Source of the DNA: Mobula hypostoma
Lineage: Eukaryota
Length of the DNA: 64,000 nucleotides
Direction of reading: 5' to 3'
NCBI RefSeq assembly: GCF_963921235.1
Contig: NC_086097.1
Location: 39,620,001 to 39,684,000, forward strand
The notes beneath the pieces were generated by a model. It saw only the letters and a list, made by a program, of their open reading frames with translations, was not told the DNA's origin and did not search any database. The position numbers were made by a program, and so were the translations under genes. Of this stretch, positions 48,821-62,261 are shown one piece after another. Each line of letters begins with the position of its first letter. Within the stretch, counting starts at the first letter, position 1.

Positions 48821-50964
48821 AGTAATTTGCAAGTGTCTGCTTTACCAGCTTTGTACCTACTGAGTGACAGATGACTTCTTTTTCTCAATCAGTCCCCCGA
48901 GGGAGCACAGGTGACTTGCTACGACTCTGATTTTGTAGCACTTCAGGCAGCCGACAAAGCCAATGTGGGAAGTGTGCACTCTTCCACTGATAGGGCACGG
49001 TGTACCTAAGGGAGTTTATGTAGTGGTGTGCTCCTATTGCTTCTGTAGAACTTCTGCATGCTCCCAGTGCATGGACTCAGGATCCTCAACATCATCTCAA
49101 ATGTTTCTTCTTCACTTTGAGTCGGGGGCGGGGGGGGGGATCTTTAATTCTAGTATTATAGAGAATCTGTTTGAGGGTCCATTGTCAGGCCTGCAAAATA
49201 TGTGACGTGCCCAATGCAATTCATAGTCATAGTCATACTTTACTGATCCCGAGGGAAATTGGTTTTTGTTACAGTTGCATCTTAAATAATTAAATAGTAA
49301 TAAAACCATAAACAATTCTTTGTGTGTTTCTCAAGAGGGTAGCTAGCGTTGCAATGCTAGGTTTGGCAACATATCTACTTTCCATTGTTGGGTTCCACAC
49401 AGTGACAAAAAGAGGAGTTCAGACTTGCTGGAACACTTGGATAAAGACCGCTATCATACCATTGGAAAACCCATTGATTTCAATAAAGATTATGAACTAG
49501 AGATTAGGGCAGTTGAGGAATGTTAAATTTTTTTTTTGAAATTAGTTTAATGTTTTTAATTAAGTAGTTTCATTAAGACTATTTTATTTATTTCTAGGAA
49601 GTGTTTAATTTTTGATATTTTTAAATGAATTGGTTTCATTTCTGAGGATTTTTACTTGACTCTCAATGTCAATTGCTGTGCCTGTGATAAGGAACAGATA
49701 TAATGTATGTCATACAGGCCATACTTTTCAAATTTGTCACTATTTCAATTGGAGCTGAAAATGCAAAAAAAAAACGAGTGATGAAGTGGCTACAGCATCG
49801 TTAAAAAATGGTGATGCTGGACTGTTCCAACAAAAATCCACTGTTGCGTCAATACGGCTCAACAAGAGAATCAGTATAGCATGTGACTGAAGCAATTCCT
49901 CCCATTCTTTTTGAAAAAGCCTGAAAAATAATATGGTAGTGCTTGGTTTAGGCAGCAGGAAGCTCAGCCATGCTGTGTGTGGGTGGGCCAGAGACATGCA
50001 TTTACGGGTTTAATCTCATCAGTCTTTTCTGTGATTCACGAGCGCTGCCTCTCCTAATCTATGCCCAAGATCAATAAACCAGCTGGAAACGCTCAGCAGA
50101 CCCAGAACCTTCTGGAGAGAGAATGTATTTAGTACTTACTTTCACTTGGTGATCTTCTCATTTTAAAATACTGGTCACTGTAATATCATCTGATGGAAAG
50201 AACACACCTCATACAAAGGCTGGAGGAATGGGATTGCTCTCCGAATGGTTTCGTTCTATGTTGTAAGGAAATATGAAAATATGGCCAGTTCTCTCCAGAT
50301 GTACTGCCTGATCTGCTAACAGCCTTTCTTTATTCTTGATTTCCTTCATACGTCCTATTTTACTTTTTGTTAGCTGGGAATATTATTTATATTGAATTTC
50401 TCCCTTTATGGATTCCTTAATATCTTGCTTTGATTCTGAGACAAGGTACTGGGTTGCATGCTATTGAAGCAGCGTAATGACTTCAAGAGAATGTGCGTAT
50501 TGCTGGTTCTGTGTCACTTGATTGCCAAAATTAGGCATGGGGTCAAATATGTAGCATTATTGGCCAGATGGGCCAAACAAATGGCCTCCTTCTGAACAAG
50601 ATCATCTTTGGCTCAGTAATGATGAGCAGGTAGAACACTGGTGTTGAATTTAAAGTTTTAAGTGAAGATAATAAATTACATTTAAATGTCTTTATCTCAT
50701 ATTGATTTCTCTTTATGTTTGATTACACGTTTTGAACGCCATCTCTGACAAAGAATAGGAAGTGAAGGAATGAGACATGGTCAATGTTATACCATTTTTG
50801 GTTGCCCTCTTCTGTATAAATAATAATGATAGAAGACAGAATTATTTGCTGCCAACACAATTACAGTCAATGACATTGTTCTGAAGTCACAAAGGAATGG
50901 ACAAAACAAGCAGCTAAGCTGGGTGCCAATTGCTGTAAAACAAGAAGAAGAAGAAGAGATCCAG

Positions 50965-51645
50965 TGCTCGTGGCTCCAGGAAGGGTAAGAAAGGTGAACC
51001 TGTATTTCTCTACATTGGAGCATTTGGCAGTGGAGATTGTCAGCAGCTTTAAATTCATGGGTGTTAACATATCAATTGATCTGTCCTGGGCCCAGCACAT
51101 AGATGCAATCAGAAGGAAAGTACATAGGCAACTTTACTTTCTTAAGAGGTTCTGCTTCTCATTAAAGATTCTAACAAACTTTTTCTTTGTTGAAGATTGT
51201 TGAAAGTAACCAGACTGGTTGCTTCATGGTATGCTTTTGGCAATTCAAACGCACAGGAATGTAAGAAGCTGAAGAGAGTAGTGGACTCTGCCTAAAATAT
51301 CACAGGCACATCCCTCCCCACCACTGGTATTATCTACAGGAGGCACTGCCTCAAGAGGGCATCATCCATGATCAAAGCCCCCCACCATCAAGGCCATGCC
51401 ATCTTTTTGCACCTACCACTGGGTAGGAGGTACAGAAGCCAGAAGACCTTCTCCAACATGTTCAAGAGCAGCTATTTCCTTTCAACCATTGCACTAAAAT
51501 GGATTTTGTCTTTTATATTCAAATTGTGTTTTGTTGTAAAAATAGTGTTTAATTTACATTTATTTATGTTTTTCTTGTGATGCTGTTGATGCTGCTCCAA
51601 GCAAATTTTTCATTGTGCAAATGACAATAACCTCGACTTTGACTT
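50965..51645 (+). mobile_element. Rex1/Babar-like 3' fragment
   Basis: FKFMGVNISIDLSWAQH, LPLGRRYRS, (GACTTT)n tail. Confidence 0.82.
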
Positions 51646-52164
51646 TTGTTTGGACTTAATTATTTGCTACACACATCATTATGCCATAAGCAGATTATTG
51701 CTTTGAAATTCAGCCACAAATGGGTAGTATTAAATGCCCATTCATTGCAGCATCAGTGCCTTTTATCCTGCCCTTAAAATACTTTTAATGATTTCAATGG
51801 AAATGAAATTTCAGAGGTATGGTACAGTGCATTGACTGGATTATATAGCAACCTTAGCACTATTGTCTACAGTTGAACTTCTAGGTAAATCAATGTTTTG
51901 TCTTTTTGGGTGGGAGATGGATATTGGACAAGACAGTAAAGAAAGTTGCTCAAATCTTCCTTAAACAAGTATCTTACGGTCTTTTACATCCACCTAAGAG
52001 GGAACTCAGTTTTAGATGGAAGGAAGACACCTCAAGCAACACTGGCATTGAAGTACCAGTTCAAATCTCTAGGTTGGACTTGCACCTACATTTTGATTCA
52101 GAAGTGAGTGTGATACGACTGAGCCTTGGATGATTCTTCATTATAATTTTTTCGATGGAGTTAT

Positions 52165-52385
52165 TGAGTCATAGAGAGCTACTGCACACTACAATACAAG
52201 CCCTTCGGCCCATCTAATCTGTGCCATACAATCCTTCTGTTTAGTCCCATAAACCCACACCAGGACCATGGCCCTCCCTACCCCTCTCAGCCGTGAACTT
52301 ATCCAAACTTCTCCTAAATATTGCAGTTGAGCCCCCATTCACGACTTGCACTGACAGCTCGTTCCACACTTGAACCAGCCTCCTC
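52165..52385 (-). mobile_element. CR1 3' end fragment
   Basis: VWNELSVQVVNGGSTAIFRRSLDKF and a CCCTTCGGCCC UTR hairpin. Confidence 0.7.
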
Positions 52386-52768
52386 ATTTTAACCATTTCC
52401 ACAGATCTAATTGTTTGCAAACCTGTCTGTAACAATATGTATGAGGGCAATATTGCAAAATTATGTTCAAAATCTTAACATCAAGCCAGAGCCACTCAAC
52501 CAAGTTCTTAATTTTTATCTTGAAAAGTTCTACTTTGATTTTTAAATGAAATAATTGTTCACTAAATTGACCAATGAATGATGCATGTAATCAGACAACT
52601 GATAGGCCCACTGAATACAGACTTGGCAGAGGGTAATTCAGTTCTTCAAAGTCACATTTTCATATTCTCGGATCATTGAACAGTACATCACAGATACACG
52701 CCCTTCGGCCCAGTGAATACATGCTGACCCAGTACGTCCCAATTTCCTAGGTTTCGACCACATATCTC

Positions 52769-52849
52769 CAGGTACCTCCAAACCATTTTTATACCATAGA
52801 CCCTGACCGTTAACTGAGGGATCTGTGGACCCCGGGTTGGGAACCCCTG
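52769..52849. mobile_element. hAT/Charlie-like MITE, second copy
   Basis: Ends GGTTGGGAACCCCTG. Internal TTAACTGAG.GATC..TGGACCC is shared with 21493-21572. Confidence 0.6.
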
Positions 52850-53617
52850 CTCTCTGGTATCTTCGGCATTTATTTATTTTTGGAATAAAAATACTGTTGA
52901 ACTAAAAGGATGTCAGTAAGCTTAAAGTCCTTGAAAAAGGTGTAGAAGGTGGACAAAATCGATAAAGGTGAATACAAGACTAAAGGTGTAATATGTGATG
53001 TGAATGTGCGCAGTGTACGGAATAAGGTTGATGAACTCCCAGCACAATTACAGATTGGCAGGTATGATGTTGTAGGCATCACTAAATCATGCTTGAAAGA
53101 AGATTATAGCTGGGAGCTTAATGTCCAAGGATGCACATTGTATTGAAAGGACAGGCAGGAAAGCAGAGTGGGTGGCGTGGCTCTGTTGGTAAAAAATGAA
53201 ATTAAGTCATTAGAAAGAAGTGACACGGAGGGGGGGTGTCAGAAGATGTTGAATCATTGTGGATAGAGCTAAGGAACTACAAGGGTAAAAAGACCCTGAT
53301 AGCGGTTGTATTATACAGACACCCAAACAGTAGTAAGGACGTGGTCTACAAGTTACCATATGCAATAGAAAATGCTTGCAAAAAGGGCAATGTTACAATA
53401 GTCATGGGGGATTTCAATATGCAGGTAGATTGGGAAAATCAAGTTGGTGCGGGATACCAAGGAATGGAATTTCTAGAATGCCTACAAGATGGCTTTTTAG
53501 AGCAGCTCACGGTTGAGTCCCCTTGGTGATCAGTTATTCTGGATTGGGTGTTGTGCAAAGAACCGGAATTGATTAGAGAGCTTAAGCTAAAACCTTTAGG
53601 GGAAAGTGATCATAATA

Positions 53618-54529
53618 GTTGTAGATGGTGTGGAGGGCTGTCAGAGGTTACAACGGGACATTGATAGGATGCAAAACTGGGCTGAGAAGTGGCAGATGGA
53701 GTTCAACCCAGATAAGTGTGAGGTGGTTCATTTTGGTAGGTCAAACATAATAGCAGAATATAGCATTAATGGTCAGACTCTTGGCAGTGTGGAGGATCAG
53801 AGGGATCTTGGGGTCCGAGTCCATAGGACACTCAAAGCTGCTATGCAGGTTGACTCTGTGGTTAAGAAGGCATACGGTGCATTGGCCTTCATCAACCGTG
53901 GGACTGAGTTTAAGAACTGAGAGGTAATGTTGCAGCTATATTGGACTCTGGTTAAACCCCACTTGGAGTACTGTGCTCAGTTCTGGTTGCCTCACTACAG
54001 GAAGGATGTGGAAACCATAGAAAGGGTGCAGAGGAGATTTACAAGGATGTTGCTTGGATTGGGGAGCATGACTGATGAGAATAGGTTGAGTGAACTCGGC
54101 CTTTTCTCCTTGGAGCGACGGAGGGTGAGAGGTGACCTGATAGAAGTGTACAAGATAATGAGAGGCATTGATCGTGTGGATAGTCAGAGGCTATTCTCCA
54201 GGGCTGAATTGGCTAGCACGTGAGAGCATAGTTTTAAGGTGCTTGGATGTAGGTACAGAGGAGATGTCAGGGGTAAGTTTTTTACACAGAGTGGTGAGTG
54301 TGTGGAATAGGCTGCCAGCGGTGGAAGTGGAGGCGGAAATGATAGGGTCTTTTAAGAGTCTCCTGGTTGGCTACATGGAGCTTAGAAAAATAGAGGACTA
54401 TGGGTAAAGCCTAAGTAGTGTAAGGTAGGGACATGTTTGGCACAGCTTTGTGGGCCGAAGAGCCTGTATTGTGCTGTAAGTTTTCTATGTTTCTATGTTT
54501 CTGTCTTTCTTCTATGTTTCTATGTTTCT
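53618..54529 (+). mobile_element. 5'-truncated CR1 (first subfamily) nested in CR1
   Basis: Closely matches 2600-3478. (TTTCTATG)n tail. ATAATA on both sides (53612-53617 and 54530-54535). Confidence 0.92.
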
Positions 54530-55099
54530 ATAATATGATTGAATTCACCTTGAAATTTGAAAAGGAGAAGCTAAAGTCAGACATATCAGTATTACGGTGG
54601 AGTAAAGGGAATTACAGAGGCATGAGAGAGGAGTTGGCCAGAATTGATTGGAAGAGAAAACTGGCAGGGGTGTTGACAACAGCAGCAATGGCTGGAATTT
54701 CTGGAAGCAATTTGGAAGGCACAGGACAGACAGTATACATCCCAAAGAGGATGAAGTATTCTAAAGGCAAGATGACACACCATGGCTAACAACAGGCCAA
54801 AGAGAGGGCATATAATAAAGCAAAAATTGGTGGGAAGTTAGGTGATTGGGAAGCTTTTAAATGCCGACAGAAGGCAAGTAAAAAGTCATTAAGAAGGTAA
54901 AGATGGACCACAATAGTAACCTAGCCAATCATATTAAAGATAATACCAAAAGTTTCTTCAGATACATGGTGTAAAAGAGTGGTGAGAGTGGCTATCAGCC
55001 ACCTGGAAAATGAAGCTGGAGAGGTAGTAATAGGGGACAAAGAAATGGTAGACGAACTTAAAATGTATTTTGCATCATTTGTTGCTGTGGAAGATACAG

Positions 55100-55563
55100 G
55101 TAATAGATAGCTGAGGTACTTAATGAATACTTTGCTTCAGTATTCACTACGGAAAAGGATCTTGGCGATTGTAGGGATGACCTACAGCAGATTGAAAAGC
55201 TTGTGCATATAGACATTAAGGAAGAGGAAGTGCTGGAGCTTTTGGAAAGCATCAAGTTGGATAAGTCTCTGGGACTGGAGGAGGTGTACCCTAGGCTACA
55301 GTGGGAGGCAAAGGAGGAGATTGCTGAGCCTCTGGAAATGATCTTTGCATCATCAGTGGGGATGGGGGAGTTTCCGGAGGATTGGAGGGTTGCAGATGTT
55401 GTTCCCTTATTCAAGAAAGGGAGTAGATATAGCCCAAGAAATTATAGACCAGTGAGTCTTACTTCAGTGGTTGGTAAGTTGATGGAAAAGATCCTGAGAG
55501 GCAGGATTTATTAACATTTGGAGAGGCATAATATAATTAGCAATAGTCAGCATGGCTTTGTCA
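55100..55563 (+). mobile_element. CR1 (first subfamily) internal RT-start fragment
   Basis: ELLESIKLDKSLGLEEVYPRL...NYRPVSLTSVVGKLMEKIL, matches 2030-2385. Confidence 0.88.
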
Positions 55564-55565
55564 AT

Positions 55566-58500
55566 TTCCAGATACACTTACATTTACACTTCTTCCCCTC
55601 ACAGATATCAGGTATCAGAACACTTCCATCAAAATATCGACATTACCACAACATCCTATACAAAAGCCCTTATTAGTATAGCAGACAGGTTTACATCTAT
55701 ATACTGCAGAAAAGGTTGCTATGTTTTATGAAAACTATTTGTTTTTGAGTGTACCATACATGTCAAAAAGTCCAAAGGAATCTATTCCATGATTAATTTA
55801 CTCCAACCATAAAGTTCAGGGGCCTTATCGGATATCCAACAAAGTAAAATGCTCTTCCTCGCACAAAAAGTCAGGATGTTAAAAAGTTTTTTCTGATGTG
55901 CATTAATAATACGACTTCTGGGTAAGCCTAAGAGAAAAGACACTGGGTCCAGTTCAAGCTCCATCTTCAGAATCTTTTCCATTTCACCCAAAGTACCACT
56001 CCAGTATGCCTGAAGTTTGGGACAAGTTTGGGTGAAAGTTCCAGTATTTACATTTAGAACACAATGGAGAAACCCCAGTCTTAAATTTTGAGAGGCGATC
56101 TGGAGTCAGATGGGCTCTATGCAGAATTTTGAGTTGCAGTGCTTTAGTTCTATTACAAACTGAGATTTTCTTTGCATTATCACAGATGTCTTCCCACGTT
56201 TCAGCTGTAATTTCTACTCCCAGCTCTTCCTCCCAGACCCTTCCCAGCTGCTCTGCCTCTCCACAAGAACATTCCCTCAGGATGCTGTAAAAAGTACTGA
56301 TGGAGACTTCACCCTTAGAACGAAACACCCTCTTTTCCATGTCAGAATCAGTTAACAATGATTTTTTTTTCTGTATATAATCTCTTATCTGAAAGAAATG
56401 AAAAAGTCCTTGTTGGGTATGTTAAATTTCTGTACTATTTGACTAGAAGACATCATCATTCCTTCATCAAACAAATCTCCTAGATGGAAAATACCCTTAG
56501 AAATCCAAAGTTTAAATCCAGAATCCATTATGCCTGGTTGAAAATCTGGACTGCCGGTTATTGGAGTGAAGGGTGATATTTTCGCTGCATTGCCCTCAAG
56601 ATTGCACTTAACAAAAAAAAAGAAGAAAATTAGAACATCATCCGCATACAATATAATTTTATGTCCAAAGTCTAGATCATGCTGAATTATCTTTGGGCTT
56701 AATATTTAAATATGCTGCTCCATGGTCAGAAATAGCGATATTTCCAATTGTGCAGGATACAACTAAATCTAGGAGCGTTTTGTGGATTAGAAAAAAAGTC
56801 TATTCTGGTGTAACACTTGTGTGGATTAGAAAAAATCTGAAGTCTTTGTCTGAGGGATATAACAACCTCCAGACATCCACAAGTCCTAGTTCTCCACATA
56901 AGCCCATGATTTGTTTGGACTGTGAGGAGAGCAATGGGGGCCTACTAGGCACTCTGTCCATCGATGGGTCCATGAGACAATTAAAATCCCCACCTAAAGT
57001 AATGTTTTGTATTGTAAAGCTTGTAAGTTTGGAAAAAGCATCTATTTGGAATTTGGGAGGGTGAGCTGGAGAGCAGTAAACATTGAGAATACCATATTCC
57101 TCTCCATATATTGAAGCCTTAACAATCACAAAACTCCCATACTTATCCTTAATGCAGTCTAATAAAAAGGTAGGTTCTTCGTAATTAAAATGGCCACCCC
57201 TTACTCCTGGCATTAAAAGATGAAAAATAGACTTGATCAAATCCACTGTGTTGCAGTTTTAGATGTTCTTTATCATTTAAATGTGTCTCCTGCAATAAGG
57301 CTATGTCCACCCTTTCCTTTTTCAGATTTAGTAGGGTTTTCTTTCTCTTGATTGGTGAATGACTCCCCTTAATGTTCCAGTGCACAGTTTTAATATATTA
57401 CTCGTCATAACCCTTTATAACAGCCATTTGACTCCAGAGGAGAAGAAACCCGACTTAAGATCAGCTGAGCAGCAATAAGTGATTAAAAAAAACACACAAA
57501 AAAAAACAAAGTGCCAACAGCACTGAACAAGAGGACTTACCCCACACTTAAAGGGCATATCTGAACCTTCTAGCACCCCATATTCCGCCCCACTGCCAAT
57601 ATGGCATTTAACATAGTCAAAAATGAAAACGGCATAATTTATCAATCCATCGATTTGTTACTGTCATGTTTAAACTCCTTCAGGCTGGAGCAGCACCGCT
57701 AATTTAAGCAAATAATGAAACTACATTAATCAAAACAAACACGTTACCCATCCTATAGGATATTTTGCCGTCGAGTAATGAAAAGGTAAAATAAAGTAAC
57801 CATCGAGCATGTTATCACCCATAACCAGGGCTACACAGTATATACATTCTTTTGCCCAACGTGTCTACAAAAGTTTTAGCTTTGCCAGGAGAATCAAATA
57901 CCTTGGTGGTCCCGTTGCAGGTGATTTTCAGCACCGCTGGGTACAACATAAAGTACTGGATTCCGGATTCCCTCAGCCGCTTCTTTACCTGGTCGAATTC
58001 CTTTTGCTTCCGAATAACGGCTGCCGAAAAATCTTGGAAAAACATAAGCCTGGATCCCTCTTATTTTAAAGCCTGGGCATCAGACCCGTGGCATCTCGAA
58101 GCTTCCATCACTCTTTGCTAATCACTGAAATTATGGAACTGCACGAGGACAGGTCGAGGGCATTGGTCTGGGCCTGGTTTTGGAGACAGCGTACGATGAG
58201 CTCTTTCCACTTTAATGCGTCCAACCTTGCTTTCCAAATCAAGGAAATTAGGCAGCCAGCCCTCAAAAAGCTTTGCTGGCTGGCTGCCTGCCTTCTGTAC
58301 CTTCAGGTAGACTGATAATCCGTATGTTCTTCCTCCTACCTCTGTTCTCAAGATCATCGATACGGTCAGACAGGCTTTGAACTTGCTTTTCTAGCACCTG
58401 GATGCAGCTTTGGGCCTGATCAGTTACAGTCTGTACCGTGGAGACTCGGCCCTTGGCCTCGGTCGTTCTTGTATCAATATTTTTAAGCTCCAGTGTGTGG

Positions 58501-58865
58501 TTCTGGAGTGTTAGACAGAGTGGACCCAGCTTCTCGTCCATCATTTTGGATATGTTCTCCATAACTTCCTGAATTACTTGACAAAAAGCAGGGTCCAACG
58601 TGTTAGCATAGCTAGCAGTGGCTAGCTCTTCAGCCCCGGGCGAGCACTCTGTGCAGTCCATCCTGGACGCCTTTTCAGTACTTTTCGATGGCATGGTGTT
58701 GAAGCAGCTCAAGAAAAAATACTCATCAATGTTCATGTCATTAGATCTGACACCTGGGCATTTAAAGAAAAGTTGGAACGGATAGGCTTATATGTGAAAT
58801 TATCAGTGTTGCGGTGCTGAGCTCAGCAAAGCAGACCTTTCACTGCGCTGCCATCTTGAAAACCC
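55566..58865 (-). mobile_element. L1-clade LINE, 5' end intact, ORF2 internally deleted
   Basis: 5' end GGGTTTTCAAGATGGCAGCG. ORF1 from ATG 58694 (coiled coil, DLENRGRRKNIRI, ERAHR, FQDFS, YPAVLKI). ORF2 from ATG 57408 (WNIKG, LQETH, GGDFN, SDH), fused by deletions to LYADD and the C-terminal KILHRAHLTP..CSKC region. Confidence 0.92.
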
Positions 58866-60319
58866 AGTAATGACCTTTTAAGTATCACCAGATATCTGGA
58901 ATGGTTCCAGAGGACTGGAAAAATGCAAATATCACTCTACTCTTCAAGAAAGGAGAGAGGCAGAAAGAAGGAAACTATATGCCAGCTAATCTGACCTCAG
59001 TGGTTGCGAAGATGTTGGAGTCGATTGTTAAGAATCTGGTTTTGTGCTACTCGGTGGCATATGATAAAATAAGCCATAGTCAGCATGGTTTCCTCAAGGG
59101 AAAGTCTTGTCTGGCAAATCTGTTAGAATTCTTTGAAGAGATAACAAGTTGGATAGACAAAGGAGAATCAGTTGATGTTGTGTACTTGGATTTTCAGAAG
59201 GTCTTTGACAAGGTGTCACACATGAGACTGCTTAACAAGCTATGAGCCCATGGTATTACAGGAAAGAGTCTAGCATGGATAAAGCAGCTGATTGGCAGAA
59301 TAGAAAGAGTGGGGGAAAAAAGGGAGCCTTTTCTGGTTAGCTGCTGGTGACTAGTAGTGTTCCACAGGGGTCTGTTTTGGGACTGATTTTTTTTTACGTT
59401 ACATGTCAATAATTTGGATGATGGAATTGATGGCTTTGTTGCAAAATTTGCAGACAATACGAAGACCGGTGGGGGGGTGTTAGTTTTGAGGAAATAGGGA
59501 GGCTACAGAGGACTTAGATTAGGAGCATGAGCAAAGAAATGGCAGATGAAATACAGTGTCAGGAAGTGTATGGCCATCCACTTTGGTAGAAGAAATGAAA
59601 TGAAAGGATTGACTATTTTCTAAATGGAGAGAAAATTAAAAAAACTGAGGTGCAAAGGAATTTGGGAGTCCTTGTGCAAGATTCCCTAAAGGTAAATTTG
59701 CGGATTGAGTCTGTGGTGAGGAAGGCAAATACAATGTTAGCATTCGTTTCAAGAGGACTGGAATATAGAAGCAAGAATGTAACACTGAGACCTTATAAAG
59801 CACTGGTGAGGCCTCACTTGGAGTATTGTGTGCAGTTTTGAGCCCCTTGAGCTGGATAAGTTTCATGAAAATGATTCCAGGATTAAACTGCTTGCCATAT
59901 GAAGAGGGTTTGATGGCTCTGGGCCTGTATTCACTAGAATTCAGAAGGAACTTATTGAATGGTGAGAGGCCTCGATAGAGTGGATGTGGAAAGGATGTTT
60001 CCTTTGGCAGGAGAGTCTAAGGCCAGAGGACACAGCCTCCGTATGGGGGGGCATCCTTTTATAATGGAGATGAGGAGGAATTTATTTAGCCTGAGAGTGG
60101 TGAATCTGTGGAATTTGTTGCTACAGGCAGCTGTAGAGGCCAAGTCTTTATATTTAAGGCAGAGGTTGATAGATTCTTGATTGGTCAGGGCATGAAGAGA
60201 TATGGGGAGAAGGCAGGAGATTGAGCTGATGGGAAAAATAGATCAGCCATGATGAAATTATGGACCAGACTCAATGGGCCTAATGGCCTAATTCTATTCC
60301 CTTATCTTATGGTCTAAAA

Positions 60320-61020
60320 TTATGTTAGCATCAAGAGAAAGACCACTGTTATATCACCATCAAGAACGCTTCCATGCCCACATCTCAAAACATGGAGGCA
60401 CCTTCATGAACTCCCACAGTCCCCAGTGACGTTCTGATTTTAGTCTCTGAGGCTGATATGAGGGCAGCCTTCAGGAGCGTGAACTGATATCTTTAACTTC
60501 TTGCTTCAGTAGGCTGAGGCACCCACCTGCTTCAAGCAGGCTGTGATACTTAACTCTCAGGTGAGCTGAACGGCTTTTCTGCCCACTTTGAAAGGGAGAA
60601 TAAAATTACACCTGTACTATACCCTGCAGCATCTGGTGATTTCTGTCTCTGAGGCTGACATTAGTATATCTCTGAAGAGGGTGAACCCTTGCAAGGCGGC
60701 AGGCCCAGAGGGTGTACCTGGTCGGGCTCTGAAAACTAGTGCCAAGTAACTGGTGGGATTATTCAAGGCCATCTTCAATCTCTCACTGCTTCAAAAGGGC
60801 TCTAGAAGAAAAGGGTGAGCTGCCCCAACAACCTTCACTCAGTGGTAGCCATATCTAGTGTGATGAAGTACTTTGAGAGGTTGTTCAAGGATAAAATTAA
60901 CTCCTGCCTAAGCAAGGATCTGGACCCATTGCAGTTTGCCTATCACCACGATAGGTCTGCAACAGATGCAATCTCATAGCCTCTTCACTCAGCTTTGGAT
61001 CACCTGAAAAATAATAATAT
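60320..61020 (+). mobile_element. Rex1/Babar-like RT-start fragments
   Basis: KRVNPCKAAGPEGVPG, SVMKYFERL, DPLQFAY; mirrors 17100-17640. Confidence 0.8.
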
Positions 61021-61084
61021 CTCACAACACACACAAAATGCTGGAGGAACTCAGCGTCTATGGAAATGAATGAACAGTTGGATT

Positions 61085-62250
61085 TTTGAATTTTCTGCCC
61101 ATTTGGAAAATAGTCTGTGCTTTTTTTCCTGCTACTAAAGTGCATGATCATACACTTCCTGACACTATATTCCATCTGCCTCTTATTTTTTTGTCCCATT
61201 TGTCTAGGTCCTTCTGCAGCTTCCCTGCTTCCTCAACACTATCCACATGTCCAGTAGCCTCCCTCCACCTATCTTTATATTGACGACAAACCTGGCCACA
61301 CGGCTATCAATTCTCATCTCAATCATTGATATATAATATAAAAAGAAGCAGTCACAATTCAGACCCCTCTGGAACTCTATTAGCCACTGGCAACCAGCTA
61401 GAGATGTTTCTTTTATTCTCACTCTTTGCCTCCTGCCAGTCAGTCCATCCTCTATCCATGCTAGTACCTGAAATGATAGGGAAGTTTAGTAGCTTAGGTT
61501 GGCTGTTTGTTTGTAGGGTTAGTGTCCATATTACTATCTTTCCTGTAATGACGTGGTCTCTTTTCTTGTTAAGCACCCTCATGTGTGGCATCTTCTCAAA
61601 GGCCTTCTGAATATCCAAGTACTGTACACAACATCCACCAATTCTCCTTTATCTACCCTGCTTGTTATTTCCTCCAAGAATTTTAACAGATTTGGCAGAC
61701 AACATTTTACCTTAAGGAAACCATGCTGACTTTGGTCTATTTTGTCATGTGCCTCCAAGTACCCTGAGATCTCATCGTTAACAATCGACTTCAACATCTT
61801 TCCAACCACTGAGGTAAGCTTACTGGCCTATAAGTTCTTTTCTTCTGCCTCCCTCTCTTATTGAAGAGAGCAGTGACATTTGCAATTTTCCAGTCTTCCG
61901 AAACCACGCCAAGATCTACTGATGGTTGAAGGATCATTGCTAATGCCTGCACAATCTCTTCAGCTACCTCTTTCAGAACCCTGGTCTAGGTCTAGGTGAT
62001 TTACCTACCTTCAGACCCTTCGGCTTCTCAATCACTTTCTCTCAAGTAATCGCAACTGCACTTACGTTAGCCCTCTGACACTCTCGAACATACTGGAATA
62101 CCGCAAGTATCTTCCACAGTGAAGGCTGATTCAAAATACTTATTTAGTTCGTCTGCCGTTTCCCATTACTACTTTTTCAGTGTCATTTTCCAGTAGTCTG
62201 ATAGCTACTCTTACCTCTCTTTTGCAGTTTATGTATCTGAAGCAACTTCT
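61085..62250 (-). mobile_element. CR1 RT fragment (second subfamily), preceded by a small PLE tail at about 61022-61082
   Basis: VGKMLKSIV, QHGFLK, DIQKAFEKMPH. Confidence 0.85.
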
Positions 62251-62261
62251 GGTAACCTAAG

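Larger units (their letters stand above)
52950..60317 (+). mobile_element. CR1 LINE (second subfamily), near-complete decayed ORF2 broken by three nested insertions
   Basis: Pieces 52950-53617 (NVRSVRNK, GDFN, SDHN), 54530-55096 and 58866-60317 (PEDWK, QHGFLKGKSC, RPHLEYCVQF). Ends CCTTATCTTATGGTCT. Confidence 0.88.

Noticed and set aside
49740..49997. 85-aa minus ORF as a host exon
   Set aside because: No recognisable domain and no convincing pair of splice sites.
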